From Antedon mediterranea (taxonomy: Eukaryota > Animalia > Echinodermata): a stretch of DNA of 64,000 bases. Position numbers and translations under genes: made by a program. Shown here in pieces: positions 1 to 55,666 of the stretch. The stretch covers positions 24,724,795-24,788,794 of the forward strand of contig NC_092670.1 of NCBI RefSeq assembly GCF_964355755.1, written 5' to 3'. The notes beneath the pieces are model-generated. The model was not told where the DNA came from. It ran no database searches and saw only the letters and a program-made list of their open reading frames with translations. Each line of letters opens with the position of its first letter. The first letter of the stretch is position 1.

Positions 1-78
1 AATAACGCCACTTGTACACTATCCATCAATGTTAGTAAAAGTGATATAAATTGTATAACAAACAATACGATCCAGTAG
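1..78 (+). CDS. Probable 3' end of an upstream HYR-domain gene (partial terminal exon)
   Basis: Frame 1 reads NNATCTLSINVSKSDINCITNNTIQ*; NxAxCTxxIxV matches the C-terminal motif of the HYR repeats downstream (e.g. NGALCTFDVVV). Short and cut by the window edge. Confidence 0.45.
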   Translation, partial: NNATCTLSINVSKSDINCITNNTIQ

Positions 79-1171
79 GCTATGATATTTATGTTGTAAT
101 AAATTAAATGTTTATTTAAGGAGTATTTATTTTTTTGAGTTAGATTACCTTGAGTTTAAAGCAGAAGATGCCTATGCAATTAGATAATGCCATATAAATA
201 TGTAATGTCACCAACTTTAGTTTCAATAGCCTATTAATGTAATGTCGGGTAATTTACTGTAGTGTTACTTTGTAGAGTGGATATTATTGTGTGATTTTGG
301 TCCTCTCTTACCCAATGGTAAGTACCTGTTAATCACCCAACGGTAGGTGGCGATAGCCAAGTCAGTAAAACCAGTACCTAATTCTAATGTAATTTAACAC
401 TTTATATAATGTTGATGAACCTCTAGGATTTCAACAATACTTGTTTACTATTATGTAATGTTATAGTTTTAGAAGGTGATTCGGCTTAATATTCGTTTAA
501 AGTAAATGGCATGTCATAACAATATTTAAGCTGGAAAAATCCAAACTTGCCCTAAAAAGAAAGAATAACTAGAGAGACTGGCAAGTCTAATGATGTGCTT
601 CAGCTGTGACGTCAGTTTGAGAAGAAGCTGGAAGATCGTGTGCTAATGTTAGACTTACATTCTTCGTGTTCCTTTTCGTGTGTTCCCCCTTTCATCTTTT
701 GTCGTCATGTATTAATTATAGAATTCTTTACTAATGCTGAAGAATATACAGTATACCATTCAGTAGAGTATTTCAAATGCATTGTGGATATTACAAAAAT
801 GTATTTCATAATAGAAATATAGAATAAATGAACATTATTACGATTACATTTTCGAAGTTTTTTTTTTGTTTGGGGTGTGGGGCGGTCGTGCCTGATGGAA
901 CATACTAATCAAATAAGTGAAGAAATTAAATTAAGTAAACATGATGTAAAACATACTATTACTGCAGTAAATGAGTAAACCATATAATATAAATTCATTA
1001 ACCTGAATTTAGAAAATAAATATTGTCATACAGTAACTGTGAATCCTATTGGATGTGTTGGAAATATGAAGTAAATAAAATATAGAAAACACAATATAAT
1101 TGTGTTAATGTTATAATATTTGGCGCGCAATAAGAATATTCACAACTACAAACTTGTAATACAATTGAGGT

Positions 1172-1367
1172 TTAATTGGTCAGTTGTTATTCCCTGACGC
1201 AATGTATACTGTGTACTCAGTCCCCTACACTTGTTCTCAAGCCTTTGTTCTCAAGCCTGTTTTCCTGTCGACGTAACGTTATGGCGAGTTTCGTTGAACT
1301 TTCAACAATGTACTCGTGAGTAGGCAATACAGTACGTCAGAGTAGAGAAAAACTTCTGACCAATTAA
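1172..1367. repeat. Imperfect ~200-bp inverted repeat (probable MITE remnant)
   Basis: TTAATTGGTCAG...CTGACG...TACTCA on the left mirrors TGAGTA...CGTCAG...CTGACCAATTAA on the right. Confidence 0.4.
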
Positions 1368-2313
1368 CTTCGCTCTTGCGTTGCACGCATACGTCGTTTT
1401 GCGGATGTTTCCTGCAGTACGATTGTGACGTACGTTTTCGCGGTCACGCTACCGTTGTGACTGTTGACACGCTGACATACTGACCTGAGTATTAAAATAC
1501 AAAAACAACATTTTGTCAATTTTACATATTAGTTATGGTTCGATACGTCGTTATAGGTTTGCTACTGAACTCTGCGGTATTAGTATTAGGCCTACTTGCC
1601 TTTTACCAATCTGTAGGTTTTATATCTGTTTTATAAAGGAAAATGTGTATAGCCTTCGTAATCCTACTGTTTGTGCTGTATACATGGGCGTGACGACACA
1701 AATGCACATACCGTAACCCACGAAAACAAGGTGATGATATGAAAAACGCACGAGAAAGAAACTGAGTTTATTCCACTCCAAACTGCGTCACGTCAATTCC
1801 TGTGTTTTAAGAAATTCTCGGCAGAAAAGGGGAAATAAACTACATAAAATGAATAGGAACAGTCACGATAAATATGAAATTTTAGGCCTTACCAAAACTG
1901 ACCCATATTTGATAAAAGGATATTCTCGGGAGTTGTAATTCCCCTGGGCTAACCATGGAAGTATTGTATACAATATATCTATAGGAGGCCTATTAACTTT
2001 AAATGATGCGCTGCACCTACAAAAATCCGATGGCTTATATCAGTATGTGTGAATTAATTCCCAACCCCAAATGTTTGGCTTTGTAAAAAAGGAAAGAAAA
2101 GAACGCACACAATGCATTGCTGCACAGACAATTATTGATTGTAGTCGAAGGCATTGTTACCAAACCAAGCATACGTTAAAGGCTTCATCAAAATTAAACA
2201 AAGCTGTCACAATAGAGTGTAATGCTGTAAAATACCAAAAGCGGAAAAAATAGAATCGCTTCGAATGATTGAATGGGAAACTATACATGATTTAGTCGGG
2301 TTGGGGGATCAAG

Positions 2314-2392
2314 ATGATGTCCTTAAATCGTATGGATGTTAGATTTTTATTAGCGACTCTTTTGTGCTTATTTTATAGTGGATGTTGCGAAG
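2314..2392 (+). CDS. HYR gene exon 1 (signal peptide)
   Basis: MMSLNRMDVRFLLATLLCLFYSGCCE then G|gtaagt phase-1 donor. Confidence 0.8.
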
Positions 2393-5300
2393 GTAAGTGG
2401 TTTGAGATTCCGTGGTTTGTTTGCGACACAACGCTAGGCTATAATATAAATACAGTTGTCGATTTACCGTTGCTCTAAGGTATGGACAACATTGTTGCGT
2501 GGGTACCGTACGTAACTCTCCAAATGGGCGAATTATTCTGTCAGTGATTGATCGTTATAGATAGCATAGATAAGAGAAATAGGTATTTCTTGATGATTTT
2601 CCATTTAGGCCTAAAGGTAATATTATTAGATAGTGTATTATAGTTCAAACATACACAAAATTGTGGAATACTGTAGGTTTTTTATAACTTTATTGAATTT
2701 CTATCTGTTGAGTCAACCTGATAAAATAATAATGTGTTGAAAAAGAAAGTGTAGGCCCTACACCTTTATTACCATTAAAGCATGGATATACCTAGCAGTT
2801 GGTCTAGGCTTATACACAAGAGTTAGACATGGTTGGCACATGTGGTCTCCGAGCTGAGACGATTGACAGGGATGATAATTAGATGATGATAATGTATAAT
2901 CGATAAATTGTGAAAATGATAACGAAATGCTCTCAATGAAATTGTGAACGTTTAGGACAAAACTAACAAGTGTTGTATTTAAATAAATATACACTACTAT
3001 ATTTACTAAACGTTTTACTAAACGTTTGTTTGTTCTCCATATTTAGTAACAATTCAAAACTGCCCGGATGACCAGACAATCAATATCAACCGCGCGTACT
3101 GGGAACCGCCGACAGCAACGAGTGCGAGTGGTGCTGTGACGTTGACGACGTCACATACGCCTGGATCGGTGTTTCCAAATGGTGTAACCATTGTGACATA
3201 CGAGGCCGGTGACGATAACGGCAACATCGACGACTCGTGTACATTTAGAATCATCGTTGATAGTAAGTGTTACAATTTCAATTTCAATATATATTTATTA
3301 GTAAATAATGGTCAAATTAATACATTAATGTATAACAATACAGATGTAAACAAAATACATACAGTATAGTCAATCAATGATAAACAAAAGACCTTAAATA
3401 GGGGATCAAGATTAGAAGTAAAAATACTTGTCTCATAATGACCCCAAATATAAAATAAACAACAAGAAGCAACAACAAAAAAGAAAACAAACCAATATAA
3501 AATACTAAAAAACTAAAGATTGCGCAAATAATTATCAGTCATCTGACTGATACTTTGATAAACATTGCATTTTCATATTTCTTCTAAAAAGTTTAATTGA
3601 TTTAACGTTAATAGTGGCTGTATCTAGGTTATTCCATTGTGTGGGACCTGAAAAGGTAATGAAAAATTGGCTTTTCCTCAGTCTTACGAAAGGGACAAAT
3701 AACAAATTAGGTTTCCTTCTGTTATATGTATGGAGTAATAAACGATTAGAAAAAAACATTGAAATCGATATAGGTAACAAATTATTGACATACTGAAACA
3801 TAAACGAAGTAATTTGAATTGTGTGAAGGTCATTATGTTTATGTTTACGCTTATGGTGACATCCATGGCTGTTTGCATTTCTTTTTCTGCATGGGTTTTT
3901 CTTTGGTGACTATGTGGTTTTGATGAACAGAAGAAAATATTTCAATAAATGTATCAAAAGAGGATTTAGTATTACAATCATATACATGGGACCAATCAGT
4001 TTCTGAGAGATCAGAACTAAATGAATTTAAATCACGAATAAAATATGAATAATCAATAGTATTAGTGTTGGTTTTTAAATCATAATCAATTATTTCAAAA
4101 ATTGCTAAATGATCGGAAATATCGGAAATTATAATACCAGAAACGATTTCAGAATTAATATGATTTGAATAAAAATGATCAATAAGGGTTGCGCTATCTT
4201 TTGTAATTCTTGTTGGTATGGAAATAGTAGGAAAAAAAGAGTTTAGATAAGATAACGTTAAGATAATTATTAATTAGATCTTTATTATGAAATTTAATAA
4301 GGTCAATATTAAAGTCACCCATTATATTGCAGAATTTATTTTCAGTGCTTATATTGGAAAGCAGTTCATTTATCAATTTAGAGAAATTTTCAATATTTGA
4401 TTCAGGTGATTTATAAATAACGCCAATTATAGATTTTTGTTTGTTTTTATGAACAATTTCTATAAAGAGGGAATCGCATATTTCATTAGGTAATACTAGA
4501 TCATTTCTTATTTTAAAATTAATTAAGTTATCAACAAAAATGCCGACACCACCCCCTACTTTATTACCAAGTCGATTGCTACATAAGAAAGTATAGTCAT
4601 CTAGAAATGGGTATACTCTTCGGTCATTTAACCAAGTCTCGGAAAGACCAATGACAGAGAATTTGAGATTGATACAATGAAAAAGTTCATTCAATTTATC
4701 AAACTTATTAGAAACACTTCTAACATTAAGATGAAAAAGAGATAAATTATTAGTGCTATTTAGTGTTTCTGTAAGTTTATTAAATTGGTCAATGTCAAAA
4801 TATTTGCAATGGTCAAGAGTGGATGATCTGGAGTTGAGGTGGTTAATTAACATATCAGATCGTTGGTCAAATTTAAATTCATCATCTATTCTTAATGGGT
4901 TAACATTAATATCATACATTTCAGAGGGTTTAAATGAAGCATTAAATACATCTACAGCTAGCCAGCTCCAACATTTTTTTCTGAAAGTTTCCCGGAACTT
5001 ACCTTTAAATGTGTGTTTTTTATAACATTAACGGCTTATTAAACAGTACAGTATTCAATCGACTCATTTGCGGAAATAAATTTCAGAAAATACATTAACT
5101 ATTTAGTGCAATGAATAAATTGTAGAAATACATAAATAATGATAATGTAAGCCTATGGTTCTTTTTCTTTCTTCTATTTTCTTTTCTTTTCTTTCTATTT
5201 TTTAATAGACAGTAATGCTCCGACTGTCAGCGATTGCCCGACAACACAGATAGAAGTAACCGCCACTGCCGCCGGACAAACTTTCGCTGCTGCGACATGG

Positions 5301-8300
5301 ACAGAACCAACCGCGAAGGCTACAAACGGTGATAATGTGACGTGGACGTATAGGTCTCATGAACCTGGGGAAGACTTCTATGATGGTACGACCCCAGTAC
5401 TGTATGAATTTGTTGATGATGAAAACAATGGAGCCCTATGTACTTTTGATGTTGTGGTGACAGGTATGATTTCTTTTTATTCAAAATGATATGCAAATAA
5501 TATAGTATGCAAATTCGATAATTATTCAGTTAGTTATTATTTTGTTGATGTATACTCATCAACCCGTATTTATTTTTACAGTTCCACTGGACACGGTTGG
5601 ACCTACAGTCGAATGTCCCGATGACATGACAATCATGGTAGCTGAAGGTGAAACAGAAACGGCTGTTACATGGGATGACGTTGTCCCTACTGGTGAATAT
5701 GAATTGTTTTTTGGAACTCAAACATCAGGAGACATGTTCTCGGTTGGGAACACAGTTGTCAGATACCATGTTGAAGATGCAGCGGGAAATGAGGATGAGT
5801 GTGAATTTACAGTTACCGTAAGCGGTAAGTTATTAGTTACACCACCATGGATTAACTTATTTTCCCATGGTTAAACTTATCTCTTTGGCATAGCATATGA
5901 AATGGTATTTTCTACTTGTGGTCGTTGCAAAAATTGATTTTGGTTATGCGCTATACAAAAGACAATTGTTATTATTTATTATTATCACAGTAGAACCCAT
6001 ATTGAAGGGCCAAATTCGAGGCTCAGTAGAATGTCTCTTAACTTAGGATTTTCTTTCTTTTTTTTTCATTAAAGATGTATTGTCCCTTTGACTAATTAAA
6101 AAAAAAAAAGATTTTAAAAAAAAAGTTGGTCATTTTGAAGCATCATAATAGTTATTAACTTTCACCAAAAATTAGTCAGAAAAAAAATTTAACTGAAATA
6201 CAGACGTTTTTTTTGTTCAAAAAATAACTTTCAGTCAAAGTTTTCGATCAAAACATATCTCATAATGCAACGCGCTAGTTTGGTTACTCTATATATACAT
6301 AAAACTTCCTTACGATCTGTGTGAGAACACCTTCTCAACCGTGACGAGTTGTAAACAATCCTAATTAGCACCATGCATAATGCATTCTCGTGGTTTTAAA
6401 TCTTTGTTTAATTTACGATTTTCCAGACGAAATGTAATCAAATTAATTTACCTGTTAATTACGTAAACTTGTTGTTTTTTGCTCTAATTTTCGACTTAAA
6501 GTGAATAACTTTAATATTACTTTGATATGGCCAATTTAAATTTAGACCTTCATTTGTTGTGTTTCAAGGGACAATAATATATCTTTAAATGTATATACAC
6601 ATACTTATACAGTGCAATCTTCTCCCAAACTGACATTGAATCATAATATTGAGGAACAATTATTTAGTTTGAATATCCCTCTTTTTACTGAATAGTGATT
6701 ATACCAGACACAACGCCTCCAACATTCACATACTGTCCAGAAAACATTAACGAGTTAGTCGGTCCAAACCAGGACACGGTTGTCGTAATTTGGAACGACC
6801 CGACGGCGACTGATGAAGAGACAGCAACGGACGATATAACGATTACATCAAATATTGAATCGCCATATACAGCCCAAGTTGAGAATTCAGTTACTGTTAC
6901 TTACACGGCAACGGACAAAGCGGGAAATGATCGGGAATGTATATTTACCGTTACTGTTTCAGGTAAGGAAATATTTTTCAATTTAACTTTAAAGGTCTAA
7001 TGATTTAATGCAATGTAATTAAACATGTACGGCATGATATAGAATGCAGTGCACCTTACTTGTTGGATAAACCGACATAGGACTTTTCCCCTCAATGGGA
7101 GAACATAACTCGAAAACTAACAAAGACACCCTTTCCTAAACAGTGGTATCGTCCGTAGCCGCGACCTCACAATCTCGCCGATGCCTCACCACTATTTTTG
7201 ACACGTTGGTCTGTATCTCTAAAGAGTTATTCACCAATCGTCAAACTACATTAGTAAACAAGACGTCGTCTTTGACGTAGCATCAGACCATTCAGATTCA
7301 CTCTCGGTTTGTAAATAACATTATACTCGCTTTAATGAAATGATTATAATTTTACAACGGTTTCTTTGCATTCATAATTTGGAAACAATTGACACTTGTT
7401 GATTTGCAGTGGATGGTGTTCCAACATTTGAAAACTGCCCTACCAACATCGTTGTAGAGATGACAGGGGTGAACACTGAAGCGACCTGGACTGAGCCAAT
7501 AGTTACCGATGACTCGACAGTGACATCAAACTACGATCCAGGAGATACCTTCACTGGTCCAGCTGAGTATACAGTAACCTACATGGCTATTGATCCGTTT
7601 GGATCAACTGCAACTTGTTCCTTTGTTGTTAGAATTCAAGGTAAGATGTGTATTATTGCTAAACTTATTTCTCAAGGAATATACGAATATACAATTATGA
7701 ATCATAAAATATTTTCTATGTGTATTCCTCGAAACTCCAGATTACTAATAATGAAAATTGAAAATCATTCGTTCCTCTCCATGGTAAAAATCACAAACTT
7801 CTGTAAGCTAAAGTTTCTGCAGTTTGCCGAAGTTTATCAACTGGTCAACACTAGCACATTTTTCTTGACAAAATTTGCTAGTGCAGACTTCTGCAAAACT
7901 GGTATATAAAACTTTGGAAAACTTGTTTTGGGGCAAAACTCTGAGTCTTGTCGAGTTTGCACAGGAAAGCTTGCAAGCAAAAATGTTATGAAAGAGAGAC
8001 TTTTGCAATTTGTGGGAGCTATTGAGTGTTTTTATAATATATTTCTTCTTCAGTGTTTGTCTACTTCGTATTGTTTTTAAGAGTCTACCATGACGTAGAT
8101 AATAAATTTGTTCGGATTTGATTGTATAATAATATTTAAACACATTTTCTGTAGCATTACAGCAAAGAAACTTTTTTAATATTTCAGACACAACTGCCCC
8201 AACTATTCAAGGATGTCCATCAGATATTGTAAGAACTGTAACGGGTGTAAACACAGTCAGTGTTACCTGGACTGAACCAACGGCAGAAGACAATTCAGGC

Positions 8301-10117
8301 CGAGATGTTGTCATCACCAGTGATATCAACTCTGGTGCGACATTCACAAATGGAGACACCATAACAGTGACGTATACCGTAACAGACTTGGTTGGGTTAT
8401 CAACCACGTGTGACTTCACAGTTACTGTAACAGGTAAGTATTAGAATATTCCTAAAATAATTCATAGACCTGTTTTAAAGAAAGATTTGTAACTAATAAT
8501 TTCGCTGAAACGAAAAATTTAAGGAACTCGTCACAGAATGAATTTGGAAGATGAGAAGATGAATACGCATTCAAATGCTTTCAATTCGCTCTGTCTACAC
8601 TATCAAACTAGTTTGACCAAAAAAAAAGTGTGATTTGCCCATATATGGTAGTGGTATGGTATGGTATGGTCATCATGTCTGTATATATGCGCACATCACA
8701 TTTTGTTGTCACATAAAGAGTTTGATAGGGTAGAAAGAACTTAAGTTTGATTGATGCGGATCGCAATTTGAAGGGCGGAGATGATGTTCACTAAAAAAGT
8801 TGACAAAGTACAGTATGTCTCAGAAGAAGTGTCGTTGATTTGAATGACTTTACTGCACTTCAGTCTGCAAGATCGCCACTAAATTACATGATTCAACTTT
8901 GATTGATTAGAAATATTCAATATCTTTACATACAATTTAGTCAATTTACAATAAACTTTATATTTTTAGGGACAACGGCTTGCTCAGATAATCCTTGTGA
9001 AAATGATGGTGTTTGCACCACAGATGGAGAAACCGGTTTTGAGTGTATTTGTGTTGATGACTACACGGGTGAAACGTGTTCAAATAGTGGTAAGGTTTTG
9101 ACAAAAATTACAAATACAAAATAATGTTTGGTTTTACCTCTATGGTAGACTGGCTTGTGATTCAGATTCTATTCGCTATTTTTCTTTCTGATAGGCTTTA
9201 TCAGTTATAATTATAATGTACAGGTTCCATTGTTCAACATAGACCTATTATAACCGTTTAAACTTGCATACTGCTAGGCCTATTTTAAATTGTTGTTTTT
9301 CTGATTTGTGTACAGGTCTTTCCACGCTGCAGATAATCGCAATTGTACTTGGTTCGTTAGCGGGTCTCCTGCTTCTACTCCTGTTCATAATCTGTTGTTG
9401 TTATTACTGTTGTTTTATACCGTATGGAGAAGAAGAAGAGGAAGACCGATACCCTCGGGAGATTATAGTACATCAAGTACCCCAGAAGCAGATGCATATG
9501 GGGGGAGGGGTTCTACCGGAACCAAGACAACCTGTGTATGATAATAGACCACCAGGGGCACGTTTCCATAACAGTTTACCGAAAATTAAGAGTAAACGTG
9601 GCAGACGATTTCGACATAAAAATTATACTAGCTCGAAAGTAAAAGATGCAACGGTAAGGAAAATTGATAAGTATTAACAGTCTTATTGAATTATGTGATA
9701 ACAGTGGTATTACGATGACAATGATTCGTCAACACTTTTTAATTGACTTTTATTAAAATTAAAAATTAAGAAGATGATTTAAATGTTGTTGATAATGATG
9801 ATGACGTCAATGAAAACTTGCATGGTGGTGGTTGATCGTGCGACTAATTTATTATGGTGTTATAGTAACGAAGAGGATCGATTATGTTTATGGTCCAGTT
9901 TATGAGATACAACAGTGAAGTGAGAGACACCCCTATTGAGGGACCACTTTCCTGTGAAATGAACGAGGGGCAATGTTTACCCTACGTCCAACCCCTATTT
10001 ATAAGAAAACACTTTCAACTGGAATGTGTCTCCTTAACGTGGTTGTTACTGTATTTTTATTATTTCATTTTATTACAGACTAAAAATTACGGAAGGCACC
10101 GCGACTACATGACTTAA
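2314..10117 (+). CDS. Hyalin-like type I membrane protein (SP, 6x HYR, EGF, TM, cytoplasmic tail), 10 exons, ~677 aa
   Basis: Exons 2314-2392, 3047-3262, 5209-5463, 5582-5824, 6696-6962, 7410-7640, 8188-8433, 8970-9089, 9316-9653, 10079-10117; all GT-AG, phases join into a 2034-nt ORF. HYR signature P..CP...W..P...S...G..F...T.V.Y...D..GN...CxFxVxV is repeated six times. Confidence 0.9.
3047..3262 (+). CDS. HYR gene exon 2 (HYR 1)
   Basis: tttag| VTIQNCPDD...DSCTFRIIVD |gtaagt, 216 nt. Confidence 0.9.
3273..5030 (-). mobile_element. Degenerate, internally deleted CR1/L2-group LINE (APE endonuclease plus ORF2 C-terminus)
   Basis: ORF 4194-4919 has APE motifs HLNVRS, GLSETWL, GGGVGIFV, IYKSP, MGDFNID; after a frameshift come PTRIT...LIDH...SDH and KQPWMS; C-terminal ORF2 peptide at 3535-3801; 3' AATAAA plus (TTGAAA)-type tail near 3273-3300; element ends approximate. 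Confidence 0.85.
5209..5463 (+). CDS. HYR gene exon 3 (HYR 2)
   Basis: Pyrimidine tract + ag| NSNAPTVSDCP...ATWTEPTA...CTFDVVVT |gtatga, 255 nt; absent from the ORF track. Confidence 0.9.
5582..5824 (+). CDS. HYR gene exon 4 (HYR 3)
   Basis: VPLDTVGPTVECPDD...GNEDECEFTVTVS |gtaagt. Confidence 0.9.
6069..6588. mobile_element. MITE with TTAA-flanked TIRs (Kolobok/T2-like), family A copy 1
   Basis: TTAA AGATGTATTGTCCC ... GGGACAATAATATATCT TTAA; related copy at 39379-39710. Confidence 0.65.
6696..6962 (+). CDS. HYR gene exon 5 (HYR 4)
   Basis: DTTPPTFTYCPEN...GNDRECIFTVTVS |gtaagg; alternative in-frame acceptor would start the exon at 6708. Confidence 0.88.
7410..7640 (+). CDS. HYR gene exon 6 (HYR 5)
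   Basis: tgcag| VDGVPTFENCP...ATCSFVVRIQ |gtaaga. Confidence 0.9.
8188..8433 (+). CDS. HYR gene exon 7 (HYR 6)
   Basis: ttcag| DTTAPTIQGCPSD...VTWTEPTAEDNSG...TCDFTVTVT |gtaagt. Confidence 0.9.
8588..8743. mobile_element. MITE family B copy 1 (PIF/Harbinger-like termini)
   Basis: TIR GCTCTGTCTACACTATCAAAC ... GTTTGATAG.GTAGA.AGA.CTTA; homologous copies at 26440-26584 and 40101-40232. Confidence 0.7.
8970..9089 (+). CDS. HYR gene exon 8 (EGF-like domain)
   Basis: CSDNPCENDGVC...FECICVDDYTGETC, 6-Cys EGF spacing, phase 1-1. Confidence 0.92.
9316..9653 (+). CDS. HYR gene exon 9 (TM helix and cytoplasmic tail)
   Basis: IIAIVLGSLAGLLLLLLFII then CCCYYCC, EEEEED; donor ACG|gtaagg. Confidence 0.88.
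10079..10117 (+). CDS. HYR gene exon 10 (terminal)
   Basis: ttacag| TKNYGRHRDYMT*, phase 0 matches exon 9; AATAAA near 10206 and 10995. Confidence 0.75.
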   Translation, partial: TKNYGRHRDYMT

Positions 10118-10402
10118 CGGGAACAGGATAAAACATTAACGGATACACGTAGGCATCATAATTAGACGTTTTATAAAATGTATAACCACCACCTTGATTT
10201 ATAATAATAAATCTGTTTACTCCGCGATTAACAATGTTTAAATTATTGTGTACGTTCCTCACAATAATATGGACCAGAATGCAAAGTATAATATAGGCCT
10301 ACATGTGTATTTTTAATATAGGCCTACACAGGATTTATTTAGAACAGTAGGCCTACTCGGAAAAAGCACTGGTCTAATAGGACCGTCCGTTAAGTTTAGC
10401 TG

Positions 10403-10581
10403 TAAAGCGTGGTTCCAACTAGCAACGCAACGCAAGGACGTAACGCAACGCAAGTGAATTGACCAATCACAAGCGATGGCTTATTCGCTTGTGTGATTGC
10501 TAAAACTTCGCTTGTCATTGGTTAAAACGCCTGCGTTGCGTTTACGTCCTTGCGTTACATTCTAGTGGGAACCAAGCTTTA
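10403..10581. mobile_element. MITE family C (long palindromic TIRs, TAA/TTA flanks)
   Basis: TAAAGCGTGGTTCCAACTAG...CGCAAGGACGTAACGCAACGCA mirrored by TGCGTTGCGTTTACGTCCTTGCG...CTAGTGGGAACCAAGCTTTA; half copy near 58080-58150. Confidence 0.75.
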
Positions 10582-12115
10582 GTCTTTCTTCGTCGATTTT
10601 TTTAATGTTATTTGTAATATTTTAATGAAATTATACCATTTATAATAATAGGTACTAGACTTATTGTACCTTTGTATAGGCCTAATCATTATTTGTTGGA
10701 AATAATGTACGTTTGTTATTGTTATCATCAGACAAGCCAATAATGCTCTGACATTTTATACGGGTAAATTTAGTACTATGATTATAGAAGCAGCAGATTA
10801 TAATTTCTACTTAATTTACAGTGTTTATAGCCTGTTTCCTTGATGGATAATGTATGTTTTTTTTAGTAGGCCTATGCAAATTGTTTGTATTTTAATATTC
10901 GTTATATAATTAAGCAACATTGGTTAACTGATCTCTAACATAGTTTTATATAGATAACAATTATTTCTAACAATTTTATAACATTATTAATTAGCAATAA
11001 AGTATACTAATAAAGTCTTGTTTACTATTTACACAACAAGGTTTTTATTTATTAACGATTATGCAGTCCTTTCTTCGTCAAACACTTTTTTTATCTCCTC
11101 ACTCCACAGACATTCTGTTTTTGATATTATTGTATTTTAAACCTGAATTTGAATTTATAAGCCTATACGGTTTTTATAGTGACTTAGGTCGCTTTTGTTT
11201 TTCCCTGACCGGTATTGTTTTTTGTTTGTTGTTCAAATAAATGAAAGAGCCTGTTTGATGGCGAAATGTAGGCTACAGGTACGTTTGTAGATGATTGTAC
11301 AGGAAATAGTATATGCTGCCCTCTATTTCTTTCAACTTTTTTGCCTGCTACCTACTCAATACATAAATAGGCATACATGTCTAATAATAATCCCGATAAT
11401 AATAATTAAAGAAAAATCGAATTTAATGGAAAGGGAGGGTTATAGGGATATACTAGTGGGCCGCTCTTTTCTACATTAGACCGGTTTAGTTGTATATCAA
11501 CTTATTATTAACTCATTGACGCAACTTATTCATAGCTGCTGAGGTAGATGACGGAGAAAAGAATCTTCATGAGTTAAGCATCATCGCGTTGGCATTGACA
11601 CAAACATTAATGACGTTACTACAAATTAATAAACGGTCAACTCATGAACTCGAATAGTTAATAATATATAGGCATATTACACCATCAATGACATTAAATC
11701 AAAATATAATGTCTACCACAGTTTGAATTGAACTGCTAGTATAGTTTACTGAGGAGAAGAAATAGAGATAGGATAGAGCTAGCTGGCAGTTTAGTTAAAT
11801 ACAGGTTAATTCCATTATTATGATATAGTTAAGATTAAATTAATTTTTTTTCCTACGAAGTCAATCAAGTGAGAAGTTATAAATAGTTTAATGATGCGAT
11901 TGTTTTGGCATTTCCGTTACCGCTTTCTTAATTGTAATAAATTAATTTGACAGGTCCATTTCAAGAATTCCTAATAAACCGCACAGTGAGTCAATTAAAA
12001 TATATGCATCCACATGAGTCGGTAAGTTTGCAAGTTTACCAAATACTGTACAAACAAATGTTTTTGAACATTGTATAAGCTTCCAAAATCCTATTGAATT
12101 TGGCTTAATTTTCAG

Positions 12116-12521
12116 GGTCAAATACTTTGATCACGTGGTTATCGACCCTGCGAGAGTATAGTAGTTTGGAGTCGCACCTCTGTTTTAGTAGGCGAGGTTC
12201 AAAACCGCAGCTAAGCCGGAGATCGACGAGGTAGTGTGGTATTGAGTCTTGGCTACAAACCCACCGAGCGAACAGATAGAAAGACTGAAAAGTAGTCTTA
12301 TTAATAGTAAACATTTTCAAAGGGAAGGATAGAAATCATTTAGACTGGTTTCACATCTTGTTTGTTGTGTGAGGACTTTGTATTGTCGATCGTAACGATT
12401 AACTTGGGCTAGCCTACTATAAAGTAGGAAGTCATTTTCAGCTACTAACAGAGCGACGATTCCCCCACGAGCTGAGCCAACGAATCGATCGATTAGCCGG
12501 TTTTCTTAGGCTAACGCCAAG
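12116..12521 (+). promoter_or_regulatory. Probable 5' UTR of the myosin heavy chain
   Basis: 406 nt without any ATG, CpG-rich, preceded by acceptor ttaattttcag (12115) and an upstream donor CG|gtaagt (12021); ends in a good Kozak context GCCAAGATGG. Confidence 0.55.

Positions 12522-55666
<43,145 letters not shown>

Noticed and set aside
12150-12215. tRNA gene (GGTTCAAAACC B-box-like)
   Set aside because: No cloverleaf or A box; lies in the probable 5' UTR
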